Origin: Lama glama
Lineage: Eukaryota
Direction: 5' to 3'
DNA: 64,000 nt
Assembly (NCBI GenBank): GCA_028534125.1
Contig: CM052816.1
Coordinates: 63,986,001 to 64,050,000, forward strand
Part shown: positions 25,441 to 37,880 of the stretch, in pieces
Layout: each line of letters begins with the position of its first letter
Numbering within the stretch: the stretch's first letter is position 1
Notes under the pieces: generated by a model
Seen by the model: the letters and a program-made list of their open reading frames with translations, nothing else
What the model was told of the DNA's origin: nothing
Databases searched by the model: none
Position numbers and translations under genes: made by a program

Positions 25441-25513
25441 CCTTGAGATGAACTCCGAATATTCTGGTTATTGGTTGGTATGTAACAAATACCTCAAAAG
25501 TTAGTAGTTTTGC

Positions 25514-25625
25514 AGGGAGAGTATAGCTCAGTGGTAGAGCGTGTGCTTAGCATGCACAAAGTCCTGGGTTCAATCCCCAGTACCTCCATTAAAAAATAAA
25601 GAAAGAAACCTAATTACCTCCCCCC
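25514..25625 (+). mobile_element. Camelid tRNA-Ala-derived SINE (Vic-1 type)
   Basis: tRNA-Ala head followed by tail TTAAAAAATAAAGAAAGAAACCTAATTACCTCCCCCC. 15-bp TSD AAAAGTTAGTAGTTT (25496-25510) / AAAACTTAGTAGTTT (25626-25640). Confidence 0.88.
25517..25588 (+). tRNA. tRNA-Ala(AGC)-like SINE head (pseudo-tRNA, probably not a functional tRNA)
   Basis: 72 nt with A box TAGCTCAGTGG, anticodon arm GTGC-TTAGCAT-GCAC (AGC) and B box GGTTCAATCC. The acceptor stem GAGAGTA/TACCTCC has two A-C mismatches. Confidence 0.5.
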
Positions 25626-26387
25626 AAAACTTAGTAGTTTGAAACAAACTACGTTATTTTGCTCACAGTTTTTGTGTCTCACTAAATTCTTTCCTTTCAG
25701 GAAGGTCTAGGTGGTTTATCTCTGATCTACACGGTGCCATCTGGAGCTGGAGGGTCCATTTCCAAGATGGCTTTTCACTCATTGTTTAGCACTTGGAGTC
25801 CTTGGACTGCCTGTCTCTCTTGCCCTTCCTACCACCTCCCTCACGTTGACTTGGGCTCCTCACAGCATGGCAGCCTCGCAGTAGTGGGACATCTTACAAG
25901 GCAGCTTAGGGTCCCAAGGGTTCCCAGGGGCACAGCCAGAAGTTGCCAGGCTTCCAATGACCAAATGTTGGAAAACTCAGGCACCACTTCTACCACATCA
26001 TATTGGTCAAACAAGTGACAAAGACCAGCCCATATCCAAGAGAACAGGAACTAGACTCCATCTCTCAAAGGGAAAAATCACAATGACTATGTAGCCAACT
26101 TTACTCCAGGGAGCAGTGAACAAAGCAGAATGGCTTAAGTAAATGGTCAATGCCTGAGAGCAGAACAATCGTCTGAGCAAGAGGCAGAGAACGAGCCTAG
26201 AGGGTTTGAAGGTGAGGTGAAGAGATCTGAATAGGTAAGGAATGTAACACCTTTGCTCCTGGCATACCCTCTCTTGTGGACCTCGCTCAGCTGGCCAAAA
26301 GAGGGCACTGTGATTTTCCAGCATCCCCAGGCACTGGACTAGGTAAGTGAAGGAGACCGGACTTCCCATCTGAATCTCTCTGACAGG

Positions 26388-26890
26388 ATACTCTGGTCAG
26401 GGCATATTTGGCTGTGAAGAACAGAAACTCATGTGAGCCAGTTTAAGACAAATAAGGACCTTTTCAGAAGCACAACAGGCAAGCATAAGAACATCCCAGG
26501 ACAAAAGGTAGGGGAGCTGGGTCACAGGACGGTTGACCCATCTGAGACGGCGACCTGCAGAGCCAGGGCTGCCCCTCCGTCCCTGTCAGGGGCCTGACGT
26601 CTCTCATCTCTGTGCCAGCTTTGATCTCTTGCCCGTCTTCACAGACGCGCTGACTCATCAGACAGCACGTAACCGGAAGCACTGCCCCAGGCCTGCAGGG
26701 CCTTCTGGTTCCCTGTGGTCCATATGCCTTTGATTCCAAGCGCCCGGCGTTATCTGATTGCAGGCTGTGTATCTCTTAACTTGAGTTCTGAGAAGACGAC
26801 TCCGGGTGGATGAGGCCAGTCTGTGGACCGGTTTCCTTTGAGTCAAATATCTACTCTTAGTACAATCAAGTTCAGCAGGAGAGTAGGTTT
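26388..26890 (-). mobile_element. Old MLT1 (K/L-type) LTR, highly diverged
   Basis: GGTCAGGGCATATTTGGCTGTGAAGAACAGAAACTCA...AGCCAGTTTAAG start; TGAGTCAAATATCTACTCTTAGTACAATCA end region. Confidence 0.45.
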
Positions 26891-28372
26891 AGATGTTTAA
26901 CAAAAGTAACAAGTGCACAGTCGTCTAATCTGCCCTTCCGTGCCCTCATCAGTAAGAGGGCATAGGTGGGGAGCAATTCAAGAGAAAAGGCGTCAGGTGG
27001 CTAAGCGACAAGAAAGAAGGACCGTGTGGAAAACATCCCAGCCTAGAGCTGGGAACTGGAATAAGGACAGAATAGCTTGGTTCCCCAGCCGTTCCTCATT
27101 CATACCCCAAACCCTTCCCTGATGGAGTCCCATTCCCCCTTTCCTACCGAACCTGTCCTGGCAGCCTGGATGGATGAAGCAGTAAAGTTATGGACAGTGG
27201 TGGACAGTATCACAAAGGGTCCTTTCTTATCTGGCTCTCACAGGATTTTAATGTTTATACTAGCACATGGGGGTATTAACCCTCTCTCCTTCTATCATTC
27301 CCCAGCACACATATCTGTACCCAACTCACAAAGAAAGATTGATGGTGTAAGTGTAAGCTCTTTAATTTTTCAATGAAAATTATTAATTAAAAAAAGTAAG
27401 AAAACAAATCCCAGTTGGAGAAAAGTATTAATGGCACTTCATACCACCATAGAAAAATGCAAATCAGGGTTTTCCTTTTTCCTAATTAGCAGACATAAAT
27501 CAGGATACATTTTAAATTGATGTGAGCTCTTTCAACACTGGAGAAAGGTATTGACCTTCTTGCAGTAGAGGTAAGTATGAAGTACATTAAAATCACCATT
27601 TTCTCAGTAATCAAGTTTACCTCTACAATAACTTTGGACTATGACACTCCTTCAGAAATGCTGTCTGCTCAAAATTCTCCAAACAGCAGCACTGAATGGA
27701 ATTCTGCTGGGGTAGGAGAACTGTGGCTGGGCAGTCGAAATCAATTTGTTCCTGTGATTGACATGAGGGCCTGTGTGTCAGCCAAGCTCTCTCATACCAT
27801 CTGTGCTCTGATTATGATCAATAGGTATTGTGATATGCCCAGGAAATGTGCTGTTTGATTACTTTTACACGGGAGAGAAGACAAAAGCATCTCAAACCAG
27901 AGCCTCTTAATGTGAATATAGAAGCTGGTTGATGAATTATTAGAATATAGAGTTTGCACTGATAAACTTTTGAACTTTCATTGAACTTGTAGATTAAGAA
28001 TAGGCAGTTTTTCCAAGAGGAAAATTCACCAGACAACCAACAATTTTTCTTTCACATATTTAAGCGAGATGTTCGATCTGGTAAGGAAATAATAGTAATT
28101 TATGTCTTTGATAATTGAGAAGGATTATAGTTCTATACACAGAAAAAGCAACCATCACCCAGGCCCTGTGAGTCACAAAGCCATTAAAGAAGAAGCTTCC
28201 AGCTTAAAAGCAGATGAAACCTCCGGATTTGGAGTGTGATGTTCTCCAAGAGGGAGTTGAAAGAGGGGAAAGAAATCTCCATCTATTTGTAAAATTAGAG
28301 CCCCCGCTCTGCTGCCTTCCAAACAACCATAATGTCACTTTTCAGGTTCAGTTTGATCGCCTACACTAAAAG

Positions 28373-28374
<2 letters not shown>

Positions 28375-28407
<33 letters not shown>
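28375..28407. repeat. (AC)n microsatellite, ~16 units
   Basis: Directly visible. Confidence 0.95.
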
Positions 28408-28408
<1 letters not shown>

Positions 28409-29689
28409 CTTCTTTGTGCACAGAGCTCCCTGCATACACACTCTGCACATACAACAGACCCACACTGACCTTCAGTGGGAGGCAACCCTCCAAATATAAG
28501 CACTGAAGTGGCCTCCTTCAATCTACAGAGACCCATCATTCTCCAAATGTCATTTGTCCTGTAATCTGTAGGAACAGCCTGGAGCAGATTAAAGGTTGAG
28601 AGGGAAGATTGCTGACCAGCTGGAAACATGTGTTTGGTACATTCAACTCACTACAAGAAATTATTTTACTGATAAAATAGTGTCAGCTGAGATCAGGTTC
28701 CTGAGAGATGGGAATTACTAATTTTGCTGCTATGACCCTGTACAGCTTGTATTAAAAATATACACTGGCTCGTGGCTCTCTGGCTTGGTTGGTACCATGC
28801 ACCAAAGACTTCAACCAAATGGTGGCCACTCTACAGCTCGATCACCCTTTCTAATGACAGATCCTGTCACCTTCCTTCCCAGATCTCTTCACTATAATAC
28901 TTTTGCTTCCCTGGAATTCCATTTGTCTTAGTCCTACCACTTACTTTTAGCATATACTTTGATAGATGCTCAAAAATGAGAAGGATACAATCTTACCCTA
29001 AGTTGCTAATAGCTGCTGTTCATAGGATCACAGGTGTTATAAAGCAAGGCTGGGAAACAGCTAAAAAGAACGAAGGACACAGCCTCAAAGAGAGGTGTAG
29101 GGATGGAGCCAGCAACTCCATGAGGGGTCTAGAGTGGCTATTTCAGCTGCAAGGAACAGAGATTTAACGCAAGTTTTCTCACCTCATGGGGGTGAGGCGT
29201 TATGATAAGCCCTGGCATAAGAAAGTCATCAGGGACTTGGGCAGGTCCAGAGCTCCACTATTCTCCCCATCTCTCTCTCTCTCTCTCTCTTTTGGAGTCT
29301 CTACCTCACCTGCAGTTCTGCCGTCCTTCTGTCTCTACTGACTTGGTTTACTCAGAGTTTCTGTTTCCTCGCAACTGAGGTTTGCACATGACCACTGGAG
29401 ACCTTCACTCTGTCTCCTGGTGTTTAGTTTTAGCAATCACTGCTAACTGCCTTATTTTCATTTCTAAAAAAGAAAGAGAACATTTAATTGTTTTCTCTCA
29501 CATTTCACATGGCCACTCTCCAAGATTACTGGCCGGCCACTAGGCGGACTATTCTAACGCCGATTACCCAACCATGAACCAATTTTCTGTAGCCAAAAGG
29601 ACCGGGTCATAGGATATAAATAAAGCTGCACCTTCAGCAGGGGCAGTTCAACAAATAAAGGGCTTGACCGGCATTCTGAAGGTTAGTCT

Positions 29690-30310
29690 GCCTGGTCCCG
29701 GATAACTGGGAAAGGCTCCACGGAGGAAGTTACACTTGAGATGATCATAAAAGGGTCCTATGTGTAGACAGGCGAAGACAGAGTAAATGTGGAGGTAGTT
29801 CCACAGTCAAAAGCCAAAAAAAGGAAAGCAGGGAGTATATCTCTGAGTATTTGGGTTTGGTTAGAGCAGTGCTTCTCAAACTTTCTGGGTATTGTAATCA
29901 CCTGCGGGTCTTGCTAAAATGCAGATCCCTATTTAATAAGCCTGACGTCAGGGGCGGGTGCCTGAGATGCTGCATCTCTAACAAGTTCCCAGGTGACGCC
30001 GATGTGCTGGTACACGCTTTGAACAGTAGAGTTAGAACAAAGGGTATGTCAAAGCCTTGAATGCCAAGCTAAGATACTGGTACCTCCTCTGCTTCAGCAA
30101 GTACTGAGAAGCTCTGGAGGATCTGGGACAGAAGAATGATATAATCAGTGTGATGTCGAAGGACAACTGATTTGGCAATGCTCCGTGGGATAAATCAGAG
30201 AACTGAAAGATCAGCTATTTAACAACTGTAAAAAACCAGGAAAGGGGTAATAAGGACTGAATCCGGGCGACCACCGAGGAAGGGGAAAGGGATGTACAAG
30301 GTAAGATACA
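29690..30310 (-). mobile_element. L2 LINE fragment (split by MER5A)
   Basis: GGGAAAGGCTCCACGGAGGAAGTTACACTTGAG...AAGCCTTGAATGCCAAGCTAAG...CAGAAGAATGATATAATCAG. Confidence 0.7.
29867..30029. mobile_element. MER5A hAT-Charlie MITE
   Basis: CAGTGCTTCTCAAACTTT...AATCACCTGCGGGTCTTGCTAAAATGCAGAT...TGCATCTCTAACAAGTTCCCAGGTGACGCCGATG. TSD GGTTAGAG/AGTTAGAA. Confidence 0.85.
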
Positions 30311-31727
30311 CAACCAGCTGGGCACGTCCTTCCCACTGTCCTAACCCAGCCTTGCCTTAGTTGACAAGAGAAGTTGCTTCCTCAGGCATCATCTGGTGAC
30401 ATCTTTCTATGTCCTTCTGAGGGTGTCTGCTTTTCATTTCAAATCACATCTAAAGATACATCCTCTCTTTTACCTCTAACCCTTAATTTCATTCTCTCTG
30501 CCTAACTGCATTTTCTATTGTGTGCAACTTGCTGCATGATTTAACTACATTATAACCATGTAACTATGTTATTTAGCTATTATTTCATTGTGTACCAGTA
30601 ACCAAATTCAGTAACTGCATTTGTTCTACTGAGGAGTTTTGTAGGAAGCATATCTGAAGGGCACTAGGCAATGAAGTAAAGTCTATTACCACCTTATCAC
30701 CGTCAGGAAAATGATCTGTTTGTTTGCAGTTCGCTGAGGTACACAGCCGAAGAAATTGAAAGAGAGCTTAGGGAGGGCCTGAGTGAAGTCCAGATATGGA
30801 GATGGATGGATACTCTAAACACTATGCTTTGGTTCAAGAGCCCAAAAAACAGTTGGGATGATATCCAGTAGGGAAGTTTCCAAATCACGTACTGACAGGG
30901 AAGAAGAGATAGGGAGAAAACCCTATATTAGAATTCAGAACCTCCACTATTACCCAGCTTACCCAGCCCCTACTATACATTTAAAACCAAGCAAGAGATA
31001 AGCTTGTGGTTAAATACAAATCCTAACTGAAATTTTCTTAAGGCTAAAGGCTTCATAATATCCTGAGATTATGGATATAAAGAAAGGAATCTGTGCTTAT
31101 CTATTGGATTGTTCATGCCATTTTGAGGTCAAACTCTGAATGCTGAACTTTGGTTTTCTGGTTGAACATCTGAGATCCCTGTGCATTAAGTAATTTACAC
31201 ACCAAGCAGGACTTTAAATCCAATCCTTTTCCTCTTAATGCGATGGGATTTTGTGCAAACATATAGACTTCCAGCTCAAAACCAAACAGTTGTTACTGAT
31301 CAAAACACAAAATAAAACAATAATTTGCTGTGTTTTTTTTTTAAAAAAAAAGACAGAAAAAGAATTGTCCAGCCCAAGAGACTAGAGCTATTTTGATTGC
31401 ACAGGAACATAATTAGAGTCAGAAACACAATGGAGGAAATATCCCCAAAGGAAATCAAGATTAAGATGCACACTTCGGCCTCCTACAAGCGCCAACCTCC
31501 CAAGCCCACAGGTCATTTTGCTTGACAATGTCACATCGATTCACATTTCACAACATGCTCTTAACTTTAGAATCTTAATGTGCTAGTTGGAATTAGCTGT
31601 ATCTTTTGGAGAGAAGCCTGATCTTGACAATGTCCTTCTTTGGAGAGACTTCCTAGTTGGTTGGAGGCATCGGGCCACGCGCCTTGTCATTCTGAAAAAT
31701 GGGAACCAGCAAGAAAGAAATAATAAA

Positions 31728-31826
31728 TGTGTACATATATACATATATATATATATGTATATATGTCTGCCTATATGTAAAAATACATATATACATAAAT
31801 TGGACATACATATTTTACATATATAA
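31728..31826. repeat. (TA)n/(TACA)n low-complexity tract
   Basis: TGTACATATATACATATATATATATATGTATATATG... Confidence 0.8.
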
Positions 31827-31904
31827 AACTGAACACATGGCATGTCATATCCTTACAGGATACTGGGAAACCATGCTTTGAAGAAAACATGGAATCTGGG
31901 GGAA

Positions 31905-32026
31905 AAAAATCCCTGTTCAGTAGTGACTGTAGTAATCATTTCACTGTGTATGTGTATATCAAAACATCATGTTGTACACTTTAACTCTATACAATTTTTA
32001 TTAAAAAAAATACGAAAAAATAAGAA
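31905..32026 (+). mobile_element. L1 (L1MA/MB-type) 3' terminus with A-rich tail
   Basis: GTAATCATTTCACTGTGTATGTGTATATCAAAACATCATGTTGTACACTTTAA...TACAATTTTTATTAAAAAAAATACGAAAAAATAAGAAA. Confidence 0.8.
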
Positions 32027-33559
32027 ATGAGAAAATGAGACCTCTTATATTCAGTAAAGGAAATGGTAATGAGCCAATCTTTCTGTCCCCATTATTTGAA
32101 GTAAAATGGGGTCTGGGCCACCAGGAAGCTGCAGGGAAGGAAGGAAAGGCTTCTGAAGAGTGGTGTGAATCTGCTATCTGCATGGTCACTGGGCAGAGGA
32201 AGGAAACACACATCACAGCCCCCTTCCTTTTCTGCACTGGGTACTGGGGGTCAGGACTGTGGGCACATTTCTGAGAGTCCTGGTCGTGGCTGGATGGGGA
32301 GGGTGGAGCAGGAAGCCAGCCTACTGTGATGACCATCTGTGCTGGCTCAGGCACTGCCTCTGGGGCAGTCCAGAAGGAAATCCCCCTAATGCCACCAATC
32401 CTGCTTCCTGCTTCCCTCTGTGCCACCTCCTCTCCCAGCCCCACTTCACCAGAAGTAAGAACCACCCTCATCCTAAGGAACATCCTTCCCTGAGAGGTCA
32501 TGGTCTACATCACACAGCTACGAAGAGGCAGCAATGGAAAGAAATCCAGCCTCTTCCGTTGCAGATCGAGGCAGGCTCATTCCTTCGGCCTTGTGAGTGG
32601 AGCTTCACGGCACACGTGACTGGCCTGGTGGGCCCTGCCTCCTGGGCTGCAGGATGGACACTGGGTTCAAGCCTCCTGCACTAGGCTGGACCTTGCCCAG
32701 CGCTTTCACACCAAAGTTGTATACTGCCACTCTCTGCAGTGTCACTCTCCAGGCAGTCATCATGGAACCCTCTCCTCGGTCCCAGTGGCACCCACAACCA
32801 CCCACTGCCCCAAAAGGCTTTGGGGGCCTAAGTATAGATGCATATTAGAGTATTTTCAATGTTACGAGAATGATAATAAAAACTTGAGGACAAGAATCAT
32901 ATTTAATCTACAAATGGATATTGAGAAGAATCTCTGAAAGAAATTACTATAAAAGAATGATAATAATGGTAAAAAACACTTAAGTGGGGTGGAATTTAGG
33001 GGTGGCATCGTGGAGAGCATGGGTGTTTTGAGCCATTCCTACCGGAAGGATGTCAGTGAGTTGATGTAGAGAAGACTTTAGAGAACGCTCATAATACACC
33101 TGCCAGGACAGCCACAACAAAGAGCCCGGGCAGAGAAGGTCCCTGCACAGGGGAGGAGGGAGGCACAGCACGAGAATGGCTGCACCGGAAGTGCTTGACT
33201 ACAGAGCCAGCCCTTCCACCCAGCATGGACTAGAACCTGGCCGTCAAACAGGGGAGGTCCTTACCCCTCCAGAGACCAGATGAAGGTCCATCTGGGTCAC
33301 TAGGGAGGTGCGCACCGGCTGGCTCAACCTCCATTCCAAGCTTCTCAGGGGACCATCCTATACTGCAAACATTGGAAAACAACTAAGTTTCCGGCCCTCC
33401 TCTGCCAGTAGGCGTCCAGATGGGATTAGGTTCCACGAATCAGACACACTGGTGAGAGGCCTCAGTTTAGAGCCCAGGTACGTGGGGTGAGAGGCAGGGC
33501 ATGAGGGTTTCACTTGGCTGGCCCAGATCACGGAGGAGGCGGTGGGCTCTGCGGCGGGC

Positions 33560-33745
33560 AGGTGGGACCACAGCCCTCCCCAGTCACATCACACAGGAAT
33601 TCTTCAAGCTGGAATTGTTTCTGGGAGTGCTGACTAGACCCTGCTTGTCCAGCCCTTCACAGTGTTTGTAGGCCACTTAATATCTGATTATTAATCCCCT
33701 CCTGTTTCAACTAGCCAGTGATTTCTGTTATCTGAATCAGCACAG
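33560..33745 (+). mobile_element. MaLR/ERVL LTR 3' end
   Basis: TAATCCCCTCCTGTTTCAACTAGCCAGTGATTTCTGTTATCTGAATCAGCACA resembles the MLT1 LTR terminus. The 5' boundary is uncertain. Confidence 0.4.
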
Positions 33746-35929
33746 GCACTGGTGGACCTAGCATGTTTGACACTCAGAATGGATCATCTTTTTAACACCC
33801 TCTTCTATGTGACAAAACTATTTTCAATGATAATTATGTAATAATCTGTAATTATTGTTATTCTCATTGTTCATTTGTTTTAAAATAATCACTTTAAAAG
33901 AATAGATAATTTTAAAGATACTATTTAAATTCAGTCAAATACTTTATGAACTAAAATTTGCATTTACTAAATTTTAAATGCTAAAATGCCAAGTGGTCAC
34001 ACAGAAGCAAATTGAATTAACTCAGGTTTTGTTTCTTGGCTTTGCAATCATTCTGCTACCGTCATTTATCTGTTGTTTAAATGCAAGGAATACCTAGTAC
34101 CATGGGAACTGGGGACACAAACTGTGCCTAGAGACAACTCGAATCATCCAGAACTGTGTTTGCTGGGCATTCTCCTAATTAACTTTCAGGTGGGATATAA
34201 AATATATATGCATATATATATATATATGAATACATATAATTAAAATTCAACAGTCACCACAGCAATTGTTTAGAATGTGGACCAACAAAAGATTTGGGGG
34301 GAAAAGTATTTTATCACTGACATTGTTTAGAATTGCTGGCATGGGGATAATAAAAAGCAGACTGACTTACAGTCGATTTTATTATTGGTTTTAAATTCTC
34401 AGCAGACATTGCAGCCCCAAACCATGTGCACCAGCCAGGAAGATCCCTCCTGCTGCCCACAGCGGTGCCACTGAGCCTGAGATGAGTGAGGGCTGGGCGT
34501 GGTTCCCAAGCCTGAGGGCTCTGGGAGGGCCGGAGGCATGAGGGCAAGGGGTGAGAGGTGAATCTGAGACCCAGGGCCTCCACCGCACATTCCGGGGGAC
34601 TCAATCCAAGACCCTCATGACGCCCCCAATTCTCACGAATCACTGAAGCATAAAGATCCCCTCACAGATTGCCTTTGGTGAAGAGGAACTGAGAGCTCCA
34701 AGCTCTGCTGAAACTCTGGTGCCGGATTCTCAGTGGTGAAGTGAGTCACCCACCCGCATGTGAGGGAAATGTGCGTTTCAGCAACTGAAAATCCCCTCAT
34801 GTCATGGGCCCTTCAGCTGAATCCACAGATGTTAACTCTACCAATGCCAACATTCCATTTCCATCTGAACCCTGAAACTCCTTGATTTGTCAAGCAGATG
34901 AGCTGTACACCGGTGTGTTTGGGGGGGTCAGGGAAACCAAAGGCCTCTAGTCTCCATGCAAGGCCATGACCCAGGCACTGTCTTTAATGAAAGCACCTTC
35001 TCTCTCTTCCCCTCCAAGTGGTACCCACCCTGAGAGACACTGAAAGTGCTCTGAGGGCAGAGCCCCAGTTTCTGTCCAGTGACCCTCACACTTCCCAGGG
35101 GAGTAAGTCTGATGAAAGGCTAATTTCCCAGTTTCGGGGAGAGTCAAGCATGTCTTTCCTCCTCCAGAAGAGGGACCTTTAACGTAATGGTACAGACTCA
35201 CACAGGAGAAAGGAAAACAGAAGCTGATTTTAACGCTGGCTCCCAAGACCCCATAGGAATCAAGGGGAGACTCTCTCCTCAGGCAAAGAGGACAGCAGTT
35301 ACTCACCACCCCAGGAAGGCACTGTGCACTGGTGGAAGAGATGGCAGGTGAACCTTGCCTGATAATCAAGGGCCCTCAGAAGGCCTTTCTCCTCCAGGCA
35401 GCAGCTGGCCAGACATCCATCTGCAGGTCCTGAAGATGCAGCCACAGCAGTAGGGGCTTCATGCCAGCCTTGATGCCCGGCACTGCCCAGGGGAGGGCCC
35501 CTACATCTCATTCCTTAGGACCAGTAGATGGTGTCCTACCAACAGAACTGGCAGAAGAGACAGGGCCGTCTAGCCACACGGCTCGTGCCCAGGTGTTTGG
35601 AAGTAGGGCTGCCCTGACTCATGCATTTCAAACACAGCACTGGCCCCTAAGCTCAGATTGCTTTATTACTGTCAAGTAGTGTCAGCCAGCCTTATATCTA
35701 AGGACTACAGGCCTTAATTACTCCAGGAAACAGTCAGGTGGCCAGACAAAGAAAGGTTTGTTACAAAGGCCCCTTTATTGAAAGGGCCTTTGCCTAGATT
35801 GCTCTAGGAACCCCTTATATCAGCCACCAGCCCAGTGCTGGGGAGCAGGACAAGACAAGTCACCCTCTAGTCTGCAGGCATTTCAGAAGACCTGTGCTGG
35901 TCTCTTGAACCAGCACACCTTAGGTCTGG

Positions 35930-36080
35930 CTGGCTTAGGTTTCCTGGCTGTGTGATCTGGGGTAAGTCACAGAGCCTCTCCAAGGCCCAGTTTCCATATC
36001 CATAAAATAGAGCTAATCAGTGGGAATTTCACCTACATTTCCTGAATGCTGAGTGCCCCTGAGTTAGTGGAGGTGCCTAA
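35930..36080 (+). mobile_element. MIR fragment
   Basis: GGCTGTGTGATCTGGGGTAAGTCACAGAGCCTCTCCAAGGCCCAGTTTCCATATCCATAAAATAGAGCTAAT. Confidence 0.7.
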
Positions 36081-36399
36081 CACCCCTGGGTCAATCCCAG
36101 CACTGCTGAGCAGTGTTTGTGCCCTCCACTGGGGTGCAAAATTGAGTGGTGCTTTCAATTGTGCCCCAATCCCTCCATCCCCTCGCATGGAGTGAATATT
36201 GTTCTTTTTTCGTAGCCAGGATCCACCACTCTCCCGGTCTGCAGGGGTAGGGCAGAACCCCCATCCCCGACTCAGGATAGCTATTCCCTCCCCTTCGTTC
36301 CCTAGAAACGGAGATCCACCTAGATAGGCCAGATCTTGGCCAGCCCTAAACCTGGAATCTGAAAGGAGGGTGTGAGACAAAGGTTCAGGGAGCATGGAG

Positions 36400-36678
36400 A
36401 TTCCTCCTGATGTTGGCAAAACTGGAAGGAGGCACTGAGGCCTTGCCCAGGAGGAGAGGATGCTGCAGGGTCCACAAACACTGCTCCTGGGGTGGACCTG
36501 GCCTGTACTTTTGCTGCCCCAACCCCATATTCCTGCTGCTCTTCTGAGCTTGCTTTCCTAGGCTTCTGCCAATGCGGTAAAGTACTGGATGGATAACCTT
36601 CCAGTATATTGCTTTTCTGTTTAAGTTAGCCAGATTTGGGCTCTGTGGTTTGTAAACAGGAGTCCTGCCTGATGCTGT
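36400..36678 (+). mobile_element. MLT1-family LTR 3' part
   Basis: CCTTCCAGTATATTGCTTTTCTGTTTAAGTTAGCCAGATTTGGGCTCTGTGGTTTGTAAACAGGAGTCCTGCCTGATG. Confidence 0.55.
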
Positions 36679-36744
36679 GAAAGATACAGGCCAGGGAGGA
36701 AAGTACCCAGAATATAGGGGGGGAATGTTCTTTCATCTGCCGAC

Positions 36745-36955
36745 ACAAATATATTTATCATAGCATTATTTAAATTTGGGGAAATGAGAGAGCTCATACC
36801 TAACAGAAGTGAAATGGTTAAATAAACTCTGATCCATTCGCTTAGAAAAGTAAGCAGTGTTCAGAATAGCAGGCGAGGATGACACAATGACCAGGAAAGT
36901 GCTCGTGAGACAGACTGACAAGTCAAAGCCAGATAAGAAACTGTATGTGCAAGAT
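36745..36955 (+). mobile_element. L1ME fragment
   Basis: ATATTTATCATAGCATTATTTA...AATGGTTAAATAAACTCTGATCCATTC. Confidence 0.5.
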
Positions 36956-36974
36956 ACGTGACCCTCTTCCCCCA

Positions 36975-37095
36975 GAATTTAAGCTTCCCTAGGGGCTGGG
37001 ATGTTCATCTGTCCTGTTCAGGGTCCTATCTCCAGGCTTTGGCAAGAGCAGACATTCAACAACACTTAAGGAAGAAAAGAGTGAATGAATGTCTG
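36975..37095 (+). mobile_element. L2 3' end
   Basis: TAAGCTTCCCTAGGGGCTGGGA...CTGTCCTGTTCA...GAGTGAATGAATG tail. Confidence 0.55.
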
Positions 37096-37399
37096 AATCA
37101 ACTGTCTGCACAGGGGAGGTGTGGGGAAACACGTCCTTTCGTGATATTAGTGACTGTTGTAGGTTAGTCAGATTTTGTAAAGCTGTTGTTTTCTGTTTCC
37201 AGCATTTCTTTCGTGTGGTTTCATTATTTTCCTGGGAAGAACATTTTTTTCTTAGTCCAAACCACAGGAAGGTGACCCAGCTTCCCCTAATAGTTATGTC
37301 CTCTCTTGAGAGCCTTAAGCTGCCACCAAACAGGGTGATTAGGGCAAAGGAACGTTTGCTCCCCTTGCCAAATGCAAGTGCTGGGCTGAAGAGTCTACC

Positions 37400-37880
37400 A
37401 GTCCGTCAGGAGCTGGCTCCGAGGCCGGCAGAGGGAACACCGCCGTCCTGCGGCTGCAGCTGCGAGCACCCGGACCTCACAGCCCAAGCCCAGCCTGGGA
37501 GCTCGAGTCTGGGGGTGGGGTGAGGGGCAGGTGCCCAGGCCCGGTCAAAGGCCGCCGCCCTCCTCCTTTCCCCGCGGGCTGTCGTGTCTCCGCCACCAGT
37601 CCCTGCACACGCAGCGTCTAAACAGCAGCAGATTCAACAGGCAGAGGGAGTTCAAAGGGGTCAACCGCCCCAGCCGACTGGCATTCAGCTGAGGCCGCCT
37701 CCAGCTTAGCGAGTGGGATCGAGTCCCACCTCGGAATGACTAAGCAGAGAGGCGGAGGCGTCAGCATTCTGCGGAGGTCCGCAGGTCGGCTTCAGGGAAC
37801 CCTGAACTCTTGCAGCAAAGCGGAAAAGAGGATGCTGATCAGTCAGGTGAGCTGTGAGAAAAGATCGCTGGGCGGGGCTG
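37400..37880. promoter_or_regulatory. Small CpG-rich, GC-rich block (candidate enhancer or promoter)
   Basis: CpG density is visibly higher than in the flanks. Contains the ARE/MARE-like ATGACTAAGCA (37736-37746) and a B-box-like hairpin. Confidence 0.4.

Larger units (their letters stand above)
25460..26105 (-). mobile_element. MLT1-family LTR (interrupted by the SINE)
   Basis: TGTAACAAATACCTCAAAA[SINE]...TTATTTTGCTCACAG...GGAGCTGGAGGGTCCATTTCCAAGATGGC...CACCACTTCTACCACATCATATTGGTCAAACAAGT...TAGACTCCATCTCTC. Confidence 0.8.

Noticed and set aside
25517..25588. Functional tRNA-Ala gene
   Set aside because: Two acceptor-stem mismatches, a SINE tail, a TSD and insertion within an MLT1 LTR indicate a SINE.
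27493..27570. Exon ending at GAG|GTAAGT in an AT-rich block
   Set aside because: Stops in all three frames and ambiguous acceptors; unsupported without transcript data.
29533..29552. Second CTCF-like motif CCGGCCACTAGGCGGACTA
   Set aside because: Several mismatches in the 3' half of the core, and it lies in diverged LTR-like sequence.
37495..37532. G-quadruplex
   Set aside because: Only three closely spaced G-tracts; the fourth needs an 11-nt loop.
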